Shown here piece by piece: positions 26,109-35,939 of a stretch of DNA of 54,605 bases. Origin of the DNA: a virus (taxonomy: Duplodnaviria; Caudoviricetes); IMG/VR virus record IMGVR_UViG_3300037114_000023, positions 1 to 54,605 of that record; one strand, written 5' to 3'. Position 1 is the first letter of the stretch; each line of letters opens with the position of its first letter. A program made the translations under genes and the position numbers. The notes under the pieces were generated by a model. That model ran no database searches and had not been told where the DNA came from. It worked only from the letters and a program-made list of their open reading frames with translations.

Positions 26109-28412
26109 ATGGCAGGAACAGTTCCAACATTTCCTACGGTGGTCACGAGGGCGCAACTTGGTGTCCCGCTTACCGACACGCAGATGGACGCCAACTGGAC
26201 CGGCATACGGCAATACTGCCTGACGCTCGCCGCGCTCATCGTCCAGTCGCTCAACGCTGATGGCACGCTCACTAATGGGTCGGTTGGCTCGAACGCCTTG
26301 CAAGCCGCCGCGGTAACGCTGGCATCGCTCAATCCTTCGCTTCTCTATTCGATTATCCCCGTGGATACCGACGCGGGAAAAACGAACGCTTATTCGATAA
26401 CGGCGCGCGGCGGTGAGGGTGGAACGAACCTTGTGCCCGGCGGGTCGGTCTATGACGGCAACGGCAATTTCGCCCTGACCGGACTTACGCCGAACTACGG
26501 CTATTTCTGGACACCCAGCGCGACGAACACGAATGACATAAGCTGCATCGTCAACAGCCAGCTTACCATCACGACGCCGGGCGGTGGAGCGTTCACGGCG
26601 ATAACCACGGGCATAACGCTTACCGGCACTCCGGGCGATGCCGTCACCGCGACGGTGATTCAGTCCGCACCGATCAACGCCTACAAGCCGCAACAGGTTT
26701 TTTGGATATGGACACTCAATCCAAATACGGGGCCAAGCACGCTCAATGTAAATAATTTAGGCCCAGTCCCAATCCTCCTGAATGGACAGCCGTTGCAGGC
26801 GGGATCAATTCTCGGGCAGGGTGTGTTCATCGTGGTTTACATGAATGGCGCTTTCAATCTCGTTGGCGGCAATGCGTCGGCCAACAGCACTACTGCGTCA
26901 GGACAGACCATTAACTACACATTTGAAGGAACCACCTTGTTTTCGTCCGGAAATATCGCCATACCGGCGACCACGTACAGCGTGGCGCATGGTTTTGGCA
27001 GTGTTCCCAGCAGTGTGGCGGTGTTCCTTAAGAAAGTGGCGGCGGATTCAACGGGACCGCTGGTGGGACAACTTGTGCCGATTGGGGAGTTTCAGGTTGG
27101 CACATCAGCAGCCTTTGTCGTTTCGTTCGATGCGAACCTTATCACTGTCAGTCCCCAGTCTGGAACCGTCGCGCTAGCCGGCACGTCCATAACTCCGGCA
27201 AGTTGGAATCTAGTGGTCAACGCGGCCCTGCAAACCAGCGTGAGCAACACTGTGTTTCCGGCCTTGACCTACTGGACACAGTACGTGGCTGGAGCGGTTT
27301 CGTATGGCGACAATCTATTAGTTTGGAACTTCGGATATTATACGAGCCTGGTCAACGGTTTCGCCATCAATCTGACCACCAATTTGGTGACGCCGCTTGC
27401 GCCATTTAGCGTGGGCACTCCAACTGTCCAGAACCACAACGTATTCAAAAGGGCGAGCGGCGCGATTCAGGATATTTTCTGCGGCAGCGACGGCATCTAC
27501 GCCATCTCCGCGACCAACCCGATCCAGAACCTTGTGCCGGCGGCGAGCGTTTATGCCAGCAACGGCTTGTTTACAATTACAGTTCCGGCATCAACCGCAC
27601 TGACAATCACGCCGGGAACCAACGAACTTGCCTACGGTCTTAATGTGACCGGAACGTACCCGAGCGGGACGGGTTATTCCGCGTTTACCGGCGTCCCGGT
27701 AAATATTCCCAATACCAACACCTATACAACCCTGACGCTGGCTGGCAATCCTGGGTCAAGCGTTACGGCGACCGTGGTGAATACCACAACTGCGGTGTGG
27801 GCGCCCGTTCAAATCAGCAATGAGTGGACGAATTTCTACTATAAGCCTGCGTGGATCACGGAGAGCGGCGGTAATATCAGCGCCGTTTACGTCATTAGCG
27901 GCGGCATCGGCAATGGCACGCTCAACGGGCTGGCGATGTTTGAAGTGCCGACCGAGACGGCGGCGAGCGAGGTTGGGGCCGGAGCCACGAGGCCGGATCT
28001 GAGCAACGCCAACATTGGAAACATTGCGCCGTTCAATGTGTGGTATCCGGCGGGGGCGGTGGCGGCGAATCTCTATCTTGTCCAATACAATCCGTTCACG
28101 CGACGGCTTTACGTCATCACCGACCAGATTGGGTTGCTGCATATTTTCAGTTTCCCGAATGGAACGGACGGGGCCGGAGGAAATGACATCACGGTCTGGT
28201 GGGCGCTCACTAATGGAGCGACTAAGTACGGTTATCTCTCGTATGAAAAAAGCATCGGGCTGGCTGGCTTTGGCGCTGGCAACACCGACACTTCGCGGAC
28301 GCAGATTGCGGTCGAGATAAACCAGAACACCGGAAAAGAGGTTGCGATTGTGATGACGAACTCTGGCTACAACAACGTCGGCAGCGTAACCCGCATTCCG
28401 TGGGTGGAATAA
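26109..28412 (+). CDS. Tail fibre/spike
   Basis: TRAQLGVPLTDTQMDANW anchor and NTGPSTLNVNNLGPVPI fibre motif. Confidence 0.75.
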   Translation: MAGTVPTFPTVVTRAQLGVPLTDTQMDANWTGIRQYCLTLAALIVQSLNADGTLTNGSVGSNALQAAAVTLASLNPSLLYSIIPVDTDAGKTNAYSITARGGEGGTNLVPGGSVYDGNGNFALTGLTPNYGYFWTPSATNTNDISCIVNSQLTITTPGGGAFTAITTGITLTGTPGDAVTATVIQSAPINAYKPQQVFWIWTLNPNTGPSTLNVNNLGPVPILLNGQPLQAGSILGQGVFIVVYMNGAFNLVGGNASANSTTASGQTINYTFEGTTLFSSGNIAIPATTYSVAHGFGSVPSSVAVFLKKVAADSTGPLVGQLVPIGEFQVGTSAAFVVSFDANLITVSPQSGTVALAGTSITPASWNLVVNAALQTSVSNTVFPALTYWTQYVAGAVSYGDNLLVWNFGYYTSLVNGFAINLTTNLVTPLAPFSVGTPTVQNHNVFKRASGAIQDIFCGSDGIYAISATNPIQNLVPAASVYASNGLFTITVPASTALTITPGTNELAYGLNVTGTYPSGTGYSAFTGVPVNIPNTNTYTTLTLAGNPGSSVTATVVNTTTAVWAPVQISNEWTNFYYKPAWITESGGNISAVYVISGGIGNGTLNGLAMFEVPTETAASEVGAGATRPDLSNANIGNIAPFNVWYPAGAVAANLYLVQYNPFTRRLYVITDQIGLLHIFSFPNGTDGAGGNDITVWWALTNGATKYGYLSYEKSIGLAGFGAGNTDTSRTQIAVEINQNTGKEVAIVMTNSGYNNVGSVTRIPWVE

Positions 28413-28427
28413 ACGAAAGGCAAAATT

Positions 28428-28676
28428 ATGAGAGACAAAAACTGGATCGAGAAAGCGGTGAAACATCCGGGCGCATTAAAAGCGAAGGCATCGCGTTCGG
28501 GAGAAAGCACCAAGGCGTTTGCCTCGGAACATGCCGGATCTCCCGGAACACTTGGCAAACAGGCCCGGCTTGCGGAAACTTTGATGTCCATGCACACCGC
28601 CGGACGTGCGGCCACGGACGGGGAAAAGGCTTCGATCACCGCAGCACATCATCAAATGGGCGGCGAAAACTATTGA
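28428..28676 (+). CDS. Small basic phage protein
   Basis: NWIEKAVKHPGAL...ARLAETL motif, recognised from phage hypotheticals. Confidence 0.65.
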   Translation: MRDKNWIEKAVKHPGALKAKASRSGESTKAFASEHAGSPGTLGKQARLAETLMSMHTAGRAATDGEKASITAAHHQMGGENY

Positions 28677-28680
28677 CCTT

Positions 28681-28804
28681 CCGGTTGCGCGAGATACTTT
28701 CCACCTGTGCAGTTTAGGGTTGCCGTAGGCTGTGCGGTCGCTGGTTGGGTCTGCACATTTCATATAGTTGCCCGACCGGCCCTTCTGAGCCTCGCTGCGA
28801 CTGG
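28681..28804 (+). ncRNA. Candidate pseudoknotted RNA (~125 nt)
   Basis: 13-bp closing stem, 10-bp inner stem and 7-bp loop pairing TGTGCAG/CTGCACA. Confidence 0.5.
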
Positions 28805-28821
28805 GTAATCACAGTCATCGT

Positions 28822-28853
28822 AAAAGTGCGCTTCAACCGAAGCGCACTTTTTG
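28822..28853 (+). terminator. Bidirectional intrinsic terminator
   Basis: AAAAGTGCGCTTC-AACC-GAAGCGCACTTTT. Confidence 0.85.
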
Positions 28854-28882
28854 TTGACACCCCACCCCACCCCGGCTAAATA
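28854..28882 (+). promoter_or_regulatory. Sigma70-like promoter
   Basis: TTGACA-N17-TAAATA immediately after the terminator. Confidence 0.5.
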
Positions 28883-29467
28883 TTGGCGAATCAGATGGGC
28901 AAAGACTTTACATTGCTGGTAAAAGACCACTTCACCACCAGACCGAATGACATCCGCAAGGGCGCACTCATGCTGGATTATCAGGTTCGCAATCACGATG
29001 GCGTTGACTACGATGGAGTCGGCATTGGACCGGACCCAGGGATTAAACCGCTAATCGAGGACGCAGTGGGATTTACAATCAAGCAACGGCTTCTGTTCTT
29101 CCGGCTGGGCATGACAGGGATAAAAACAGCGGGCTATATTCATTGCGACCAGAATTGTGGTCAATACGCAGGCGTCCTTTATTTGAACCTGCCCCACCAG
29201 CGTTACGGCGGCACTTCATTCTGGAGGCACAAGGAATTTGAGATAAGCGAAATGCCGGACAACGCGAACGATGTCGCCGTGGCGACTCTCCGCAATGACA
29301 GTCTGGACGAAAGCAAGTGGGAACGCGACGGGCATGTCGAAATGCGCTTTAACCGATTTGTAACTTATCCGGCGCGACGTTTTCATAGTCGCTATCCGAA
29401 TGTCATTGAGGCTGCGACGAAAGAGGAAGGCCGGTTGATTCTGGCCGTTATGTATGACCGAGTCTGA
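28883..29467 (+). CDS. 2OG-Fe(II) oxygenase (DUF6445-like)
   Basis: IHCD...AGVLYLN...GGTSFWRH...FNR...FHSR...R. Confidence 0.8.
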   Translation: MANQMGKDFTLLVKDHFTTRPNDIRKGALMLDYQVRNHDGVDYDGVGIGPDPGIKPLIEDAVGFTIKQRLLFFRLGMTGIKTAGYIHCDQNCGQYAGVLYLNLPHQRYGGTSFWRHKEFEISEMPDNANDVAVATLRNDSLDESKWERDGHVEMRFNRFVTYPARRFHSRYPNVIEAATKEEGRLILAVMYDRV

Positions 29468-30083
29468 AACATTCCGCCAGCAGTTCAAGCAGCATCACTC
29501 TAAAGAGTCTGCCGACACGCTCATGCTGTCCAACATCGCGCACCTTGAACGGTTGATGAAGTTGCTGCCGCCAAACGCGCGCGGTCTTGAAATCGGCTGC
29601 TTCAAGGGCGGAGCGACCGTCTGGTTTCTGGAACACGGGATCGAGCGCATGACGGTGATTGATACCTTCGAGGGCAGCCCGGAGCATCAGAACATTGTGA
29701 AGCCGGGCGAGATACGGGCGGCGTTCGACGAAGCGGTCAAGCCCTACGCTGGCCGTGTGGCTGTGAGCAAGGGGAAGTCCAGCATGAGATTGCCGATATT
29801 ACTGCAAGGCAATCATTCCGGTCTCCGAAAGACCGCTCCAACGCTTTACGATTTTATCTACGTGGATGGGAGCCATGATTCTGTTGACGTGGTGTTGGAC
29901 GCCATACTCGCGTTCAAGCTGCTCAAGCCGGGAGGGGTGATGTGCTTTGATGATTACGAGTGGTGCTATTATCTCGACGCTTTCAGGAACCCGAAGCCCG
30001 CGATTGACTTCTTCCTTGCGAGCCATGAAGGGAAGTTTACGTTGCTGGAAAAGCATTATCAGGTGAGCATTCGGAAATTATGA
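29454..30083 (+). CDS. Class I SAM methyltransferase (Methyltransf_24-like)
   Basis: LEIGCFKG; DFIYVDGSH; LKPGGVMCFDDY. Confidence 0.88.
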   Translation: MTESETFRQQFKQHHSKESADTLMLSNIAHLERLMKLLPPNARGLEIGCFKGGATVWFLEHGIERMTVIDTFEGSPEHQNIVKPGEIRAAFDEAVKPYAGRVAVSKGKSSMRLPILLQGNHSGLRKTAPTLYDFIYVDGSHDSVDVVLDAILAFKLLKPGGVMCFDDYEWCYYLDAFRNPKPAIDFFLASHEGKFTLLEKHYQVSIRKL

Positions 30084-30152
30084 AAATTGGGAGGCGTGTC
30101 AGTAAAACTACGAAGTTTACAATGCTGCGCCGAGTGATATTGTTAGAAGGTA

Positions 30153-30509
30153 ATGCAAGAATTGAATGAACTCGCGCGCGCTCTTGTTGAGCGGTGGGAG
30201 CATCAGCATAACCAAATAATGTCCGCCCTTCAACGGGTGGAGCAACAACAGGAAAAAATAATGAGCGCAATCACAGACTTCGCAGCCGCCGCACAGGCGA
30301 GCTTCACCAAGGTAAGTGCCGATTTGGACAGTCTCTCGACTGACATCGCCGCCTTGAACGCACAAATCGCCGCCTTCAACAATTCATCCGGCACGTTGAG
30401 CGCAAGCGATCAGGCCGCACTGGACGGTATCCAGACAGCCGCAGCCGCCCTGGCGACCAAGGCCGACGGGATTGTTCCCGCACCGCTGCCTCCGGCTCCG
30501 ACAACGTAA
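30153..30509 (+). CDS. Ala-rich coiled-coil protein
   Basis: Heptad pattern; alternative start at MSAITDF. Confidence 0.6.
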   Translation: MQELNELARALVERWEHQHNQIMSALQRVEQQQEKIMSAITDFAAAAQASFTKVSADLDSLSTDIAALNAQIAAFNNSSGTLSASDQAALDGIQTAAAALATKADGIVPAPLPPAPTT

Positions 30510-30529
30510 CCGACGACACAAATAACTTG

Positions 30530-30562
30530 AACGCCCGTCAGAAATGGCGGGCGTTTTTGTTT
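30530..30562 (+). terminator. Intrinsic terminator
   Basis: AACGCCCGTCA-GAAA-TGGCGGGCGTT followed by TTTGTTT. Confidence 0.85.
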
Positions 30563-30589
30563 GCAAGCGTGGGATTTTGAAACTAGCCT
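30561..30589 (+). promoter_or_regulatory. Sigma70-like promoter
   Basis: TTGCAA-N17-TAGCCT. Confidence 0.45.
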
Positions 30590-30606
30590 GAGAGCCATCA
30601 AATAAT

Positions 30607-31386
30607 ATGCGAGTCTTTATCTCCGCTCACTGCCGCAACCCCGACCTGTTCGACGCCACGAAATTCGTTTTCAAAACACTGCGCGTCGGATTCCCGAACT
30701 CAGAAATAATCGTTTATGACAACGCCCTGAGCCAGCTTCACCGTTCCGAGATACAGGAACTTTGCCGGAAAAACACCTGCAAGTTTCAGCATATCCCACA
30801 GGCGGTTTCCTACGGCGGTTTAATCTGGCAGATATTCAGCAGCATACTCGCCAGCGATCAGGATGAACCGTTCTGGCTGTGCGACACCGACATCGTGTTC
30901 TGGGATAGCATGGAGCAATTTGAATTCGAGACGGCGATGGCTGGCCGGCATATCCCCAAGTTTTTCGACACGTACACAAAGTGCATCACCATGCCGCGAC
31001 TGCATACCAGCCTGCTTTACATTGACCCCGCCAAAGTTCGCCGGGAAATGGACATGCTGCTCGAAAACTTCCCCCGCGAGACGCCGCACAATCCGATGGT
31101 AAATCCGGTTTTCCCATTTTTCATGCCTTCACCCGAGGGCAAGGACGAATATTTCTTCTATGATTTGTGCGCGCCGATGAGTTATATGTTGAGCCAGACG
31201 CGGTTTACCGAGAAACACCTTGATTGCTTTGACCACGCTAATTGCGGCACGTTTGCAGACCTCCTGGAACCGCATGGACACGAGGGAATGGTGGCGCGAC
31301 AGAAGGCGATGTTTGCGAATCCGGAGACGATGCGCGGATTATGGAAAGAGCAGGATAAATATTTCGCGTATCACGCCGTCAAATGA
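30607..31386 (+). CDS. GT-A fold glycosyltransferase-like protein
   Basis: IIVYDN and FWLCDTDIVFW (DxD). Confidence 0.6.
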   Translation: MRVFISAHCRNPDLFDATKFVFKTLRVGFPNSEIIVYDNALSQLHRSEIQELCRKNTCKFQHIPQAVSYGGLIWQIFSSILASDQDEPFWLCDTDIVFWDSMEQFEFETAMAGRHIPKFFDTYTKCITMPRLHTSLLYIDPAKVRREMDMLLENFPRETPHNPMVNPVFPFFMPSPEGKDEYFFYDLCAPMSYMLSQTRFTEKHLDCFDHANCGTFADLLEPHGHEGMVARQKAMFANPETMRGLWKEQDKYFAYHAVK

Positions 31387-31904
31387 AAACTGATTCACAG
31401 CCGGTAATCGAACTTGGGCCATCCGTCGGGGATGTCCTGGAGGATTTTGTCGCGTGGTATCTCAAGACCTTTGGCGGTGTACCGCCGTCGCCCCATGACG
31501 GCGTGGGTTACGTCGGAAAGTTTTCCCTGCTGACTTTCTACCGGCAAAAGGAGTTTCAGGTTCAACTCACGATTTGCAAACCGAACTCCAGGATTCCCGA
31601 CCATGCCCACCCGAACGTGGACACGATGGTTTCGTACGTTTGCGGCGAACTCTATTTCAGGGTTGACGGGAAAGAGGTTTTCAAACCGGAGGATATTTTC
31701 CAGACGGAGGACGGGCGCACGTCCAAGAATTTCAAGTTTATGCGCGTCAAGCCGGGGCAGATGCACGGGGCGACCATTGGTGACAAGGGGGCAGCGTTTA
31801 TTACTTTTCAGCGGTGGCTATCCGGCACGCCGAAAAGCGTGGAGTTGGATTGGGATGGACCGCCACTCAGCAAGGAACATTCAGAAAGGGAACTATATAC
31901 ATGA
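31383..31904 (+). CDS. Cupin-domain protein
   Basis: IPDHAHPNVD...GELYF...PGQMHG. Confidence 0.75.
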   Translation: MKTDSQPVIELGPSVGDVLEDFVAWYLKTFGGVPPSPHDGVGYVGKFSLLTFYRQKEFQVQLTICKPNSRIPDHAHPNVDTMVSYVCGELYFRVDGKEVFKPEDIFQTEDGRTSKNFKFMRVKPGQMHGATIGDKGAAFITFQRWLSGTPKSVELDWDGPPLSKEHSERELYT

Positions 31905-32398
31905 CACCACTAATTGACCGTGTTTGGGAAATGCCGAACCGTTTTACGTTTAAAATGCGTTGCGTAGCGAGCCTTCTCAAAGAAGAAATGCAAGGCACAT
32001 GGATTGACCCATTCGCCGGTGAAACCAGCCCAGCACAACTGCGCAACGATGCAGATGAATCACGCCATGCGGAACATCACTTAGACGGTCTGGATTTTTT
32101 AAAATCTCTACCGGATAAGACTTATGATGGCATTCTATTTGACCCGCCCTATTCGGTGACACAAGCCTTGAGGAAATATAAACCACGACAAGGAGGCACG
32201 GCGGGGCGAAGTGAGTATTGGGCCAAGTGTATGGACGAGGCGGCACGTGTCATAAAAATTGGTGGCAAGGCAATTTGCTTTGGATGGAACTCAAACGGTC
32301 TCGGAAAAAAACGTGGATTTCGGTTGGCACGCATGTTGGTAATTGCGCATGGAGCCTGCCACAATGACACGATTGTAACAGTAGAGACAAGTATATAA
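31901..32398 (+). CDS. DNA adenine methyltransferase (small phage type)
   Basis: IDPFAG motif I and FDPPYS motif IV. Confidence 0.82.
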   Translation: MTPLIDRVWEMPNRFTFKMRCVASLLKEEMQGTWIDPFAGETSPAQLRNDADESRHAEHHLDGLDFLKSLPDKTYDGILFDPPYSVTQALRKYKPRQGGTAGRSEYWAKCMDEAARVIKIGGKAICFGWNSNGLGKKRGFRLARMLVIAHGACHNDTIVTVETSI

Positions 32399-32420
32399 TT
32401 CCCTTCAGAAAGGCTAAAAG

Positions 32421-32687
32421 ATGAAATGCAAACATGAGCAATTTGAGGCCAAGGTGGATGTCAACAGACTTTCCGACAGTGGGAGGTTCTGCGCTGACAT
32501 CAAAATAAAGTGCCTCCAATGCGGGGAGTATTTCCGTTTTCTTGGGTTGCCGTGCGGGATTGACCTTGACGGTGCGGCGGTTTCCGCGGATGGAACGGAA
32601 ATGCGCGTGGCGATTGGAACCAATGAGACGGTGGCGAACATCATTGACGGAAAATGTCCAGTTGGATTCACTGTGCGCAGGGGATGA
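32421..32687 (+). CDS. Zn-binding hypothetical protein
   Basis: CKH...CLQC. Confidence 0.6.
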   Translation: MKCKHEQFEAKVDVNRLSDSGRFCADIKIKCLQCGEYFRFLGLPCGIDLDGAAVSADGTEMRVAIGTNETVANIIDGKCPVGFTVRRG

Positions 32688-33127
32688 TACGCGCACTACA
32701 ACCATACGAAGTCGGCCTTTGCGTCGAAGGCGGCAAACTCTTTTTTAAGGAGGGCGATCTTCCGGGAGGCTTCGACGCCAAACATTTCTGCGCCACTTGG
32801 GCGCAACTAATCACGGACAAACGGGCGGCGATTCTCGCGGGATTCACGGATGCCAATGTCATCACGGGTGCATTGGGCGCTGTGCTGGCTCCCGGATTGT
32901 TCAACGCCAAGACTTACGCCACCGAAGCATTTTGGTACGTGATACCTGGCTATCGCGGCCACGGCGTCGAACTTCTGCTGGCTTTTCAGGAGTGGGCCAA
33001 GAACGCCGGGGCGCACTACGTAGCCATGATTCACCTTCTCAATTTGCAGCCGGAACATCTGTCGAGACTGTATCGGAAAATGGGGTACAACCCCATTGAA
33101 ACAAACTACTTGAAGCCGCTTACGTAA
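32684..33127 (+). CDS. GNAT acetyltransferase
   Basis: FWYVIPGYRGHG...LYRKMGY; precedes the ejection genes as in many podoviruses. Confidence 0.8.
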   Translation: MIRALQPYEVGLCVEGGKLFFKEGDLPGGFDAKHFCATWAQLITDKRAAILAGFTDANVITGALGAVLAPGLFNAKTYATEAFWYVIPGYRGHGVELLLAFQEWAKNAGAHYVAMIHLLNLQPEHLSRLYRKMGYNPIETNYLKPLT

Positions 33128-33151
33128 GATGGTAGTAAGTGTTTCAAGTGC

Positions 33152-34375
33152 GTGAACAATTTTCTTCTTAATCTCAGCCGTGTGTTGGCTTATAGCGTGG
33201 TTTACGAAACCCGCTTGGCGATGTTTGACGGTGCGGTGATGGAGGCGTTTGACCCACAAGGAAGTATTGTGAGCGGAACAATCGGCGCGATATTAGGCTC
33301 GAACGCCCAACGCCAGGCGGCCGATACGGCTGCTGACGCAGCCAAGGCATCGCAAGCCGCCACCAATGCGCAAAATCAGTCGCTTTTTAATCAGGCCCAT
33401 GGATCAACAGGAAGTGCTGTTTTCCCTCAGTATTTGACTGGCGAGGGCGGGGCGGGTCTTTTCGAGCCGGAGCTTGGGCAAGATTTGGTAAAATCCTACG
33501 CAGCGGCAAACGTCCCGCTTTCCACTTTCCAATCGGCCACGGACAAAACGGCTGGCGCACGCAATCAAGCCCTTGACTTCACCAACAGCATTTTCAACGG
33601 CGGCGTGACAAACAAAATGCTGACGAATGTGGCTCCGGTCCAGACGCAACGGCTGGCCACGGCGCGGTCATCCTCGCTGGATGCGTTGCACAAAACCTTG
33701 GACCAGATTGACGCGAGCCAGGCCAATCGGGGATACGTGGGCGACAGTTACGGAAACCGGCTTTTGAGTTTCCAAGCCGGAAAAGAGGCGGGGAATTCCA
33801 TCGGTGCCGCACAGTTGCAAAACAAGCAGGAGACGGCGGACATCCAGAATTATGGAGACGTGACGCTGCCTTTGCAGAACATCAACCTGCCGTATCAGAT
33901 GAACCAGCAACAGGCATCGGCGGCGTTTCTTCCGCAGGACGAATATCTGGCGAGTCTTGGGCAGCGGATGCAGCCTTTCAACATGCTCAAACTCGGATAC
34001 ACAGGTCCATTCCAGTATCAGCCGTTGCCGACGCGGGGGCCAGCGGCGTTCAATTCAGGCGCGACAGCACTATCGGCGTTCGGGGGTGGCGCGGGACAAC
34101 TGGGCGGCGCGGCGATGAATTATTTCGGAACCAACAATCTTTTGAGCAGCGGATACGGGGGTTCGACCATTGGCAATGGCGCCAGCTATGGCCAGCTACC
34201 GTCTGGTTTCAGTGATACCTTGACCGAGGACAATGCGAGCGATCCGTTCTATGCGTCCGGCGCGGCGGCTGCGGGCGCGGGTGTTGCGAATAACGGACTT
34301 GATTTTAGCGGGTCAACAGCATCGGGTGTGGACTCATTAACCGGCGGAAGTTCGCTGTTTGGGGGGAGCGTTTAA
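33152..34375 (+). CDS. Internal virion/ejection protein
   Basis: G/A/Q/S-rich with hydrophobic Gly-rich ends. Confidence 0.6.
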   Translation: MNNFLLNLSRVLAYSVVYETRLAMFDGAVMEAFDPQGSIVSGTIGAILGSNAQRQAADTAADAAKASQAATNAQNQSLFNQAHGSTGSAVFPQYLTGEGGAGLFEPELGQDLVKSYAAANVPLSTFQSATDKTAGARNQALDFTNSIFNGGVTNKMLTNVAPVQTQRLATARSSSLDALHKTLDQIDASQANRGYVGDSYGNRLLSFQAGKEAGNSIGAAQLQNKQETADIQNYGDVTLPLQNINLPYQMNQQQASAAFLPQDEYLASLGQRMQPFNMLKLGYTGPFQYQPLPTRGPAAFNSGATALSAFGGGAGQLGGAAMNYFGTNNLLSSGYGGSTIGNGASYGQLPSGFSDTLTEDNASDPFYASGAAAAGAGVANNGLDFSGSTASGVDSLTGGSSLFGGSV

Positions 34376-34376
34376 T

Positions 34377-35924
34377 ATGGCAGAAGCAGTCGTATCACCA
34401 GCGGTAAGGCCACTTGACTTTGGTTATCAGATTCCGAATCTGACAGACCAGATGCGTTCGGCCAGCGCCCAGACCTCGCAGGCAGCGGCTCCGATTGCCG
34501 AGGCGGCGTCAAACTTATCCAGGGCAAGAATCGAATTCGCGTTGCAGAATTTGAACGCGCAAAAGGCTTTAGAACTGGCAGGGTGGCAGCATCAGTCACA
34601 GATGCAGCGCAATGAAATGATGTATAAGAGGTTTTTGGATCAGCAGAAACTCAAGGGCACTCAGATGCTTGAGCAGATCAAGGGAAAGAACGACGCGGAC
34701 ACAATTAAACAGCTAAACACCACGATTCAAAGATATGGCGGACAACCGATGGTGCGTCAGAGCGGTGAGAGCGACAGTGACTACGCGGCCCGGCTTGGAA
34801 CTGCGGCAGTAGGCGCGAAGGCGCACGCAGTCGCAGCGGACACCACGGCAGCACTTCATTGGAATGATGAACTCGAAAAACAGAAAGATGCGGCGACTAG
34901 GTTGCAGGCACTTCCGGCGGTCAAGGCAGAGTTGGGGGCGGCACTCGCAAATCCCGGAGTGAATTCACAGGCCGATAATTATGTCGCGCAAAACTTTAAC
35001 AAATGGTTGAGCCAAGTCAGGCCGGAGCAGGCAGACCTGATAATGACGGCGTTACAGAAACAGCCGAATAAAGACGGCGAGATGATGGTGCTTAAAAACG
35101 CCGGGATTCTTGCTCAGTATCAGGATTTCAGGAATGGTGCGTTGCAGGACGAGGCGTACCGATTCCTTAAAAATGCCGGTACTCCGCAGGGAAAAGCGTT
35201 GGCGACGATTAATGAAAACATAAAATTTGCCCAGGATAGGTACAACGGTGTGCTGATGACGGAGGCGAGCGGGAATACTGGGAGACAGGTTAGAAAATCC
35301 TACGCATCGGATATTGAGAACGGTGTTCAAGATACGCTGTTGCAACGGAAGAATGACGCAATAAAGGCAGCTCAGACCCCGCCACCACCCCCTGCGGGTA
35401 GCGGATCTGGGACTACCATCCCAACCCCAAATGGTGTCACCCCGCCGCCACCGTCCCTTTTCGGGCCGGGAGCGAGTGTGCCGGCCAGATTCTTGCAGGA
35501 TAATGTGGCAACTCCAACAGTCAGTGCCCCAGCAAACCCGAACCCTATGTCTCCGCAGTGGACAACGCTGCCAAACGGCGCGCGAGCTTTCATCCCAATG
35601 CCTGTGTCTCAAAGCGACCGCACAAACGGTGTGATATTGCCGGGTGGCAGTATAAACCCGTACTTACGGGCACCTGTCATTGGGCCACCAGAAAACGCCA
35701 TAGCAAACGGGGTAAACCCGCCCGGTGGAGTGACGAACTCACCCGCGACAATGATGCCGGCAAGCCCATTTCTCGTCCCGCCAGTTTTGCCCGGCCCTCG
35801 CGGCGTGTCTGTTTCTCCCGACAATTACGCGCCCGCTGCGCCGCAAGGTTCTCCGATGGACGCTGGTGGCGACTACGGAAGTTTCCTGCGAGATCAATAC
35901 TTTATGGGCATGGGTGTGCAGTAG
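34377..35924 (+). CDS. Internal virion/ejection protein
   Basis: Helical Q/A-rich N-terminus, Pro-rich C-terminus. Confidence 0.55.
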   Translation: MAEAVVSPAVRPLDFGYQIPNLTDQMRSASAQTSQAAAPIAEAASNLSRARIEFALQNLNAQKALELAGWQHQSQMQRNEMMYKRFLDQQKLKGTQMLEQIKGKNDADTIKQLNTTIQRYGGQPMVRQSGESDSDYAARLGTAAVGAKAHAVAADTTAALHWNDELEKQKDAATRLQALPAVKAELGAALANPGVNSQADNYVAQNFNKWLSQVRPEQADLIMTALQKQPNKDGEMMVLKNAGILAQYQDFRNGALQDEAYRFLKNAGTPQGKALATINENIKFAQDRYNGVLMTEASGNTGRQVRKSYASDIENGVQDTLLQRKNDAIKAAQTPPPPPAGSGSGTTIPTPNGVTPPPPSLFGPGASVPARFLQDNVATPTVSAPANPNPMSPQWTTLPNGARAFIPMPVSQSDRTNGVILPGGSINPYLRAPVIGPPENAIANGVNPPGGVTNSPATMMPASPFLVPPVLPGPRGVSVSPDNYAPAAPQGSPMDAGGDYGSFLRDQYFMGMGVQ

Positions 35925-35939
35925 TTAAATGGTCAAGCC

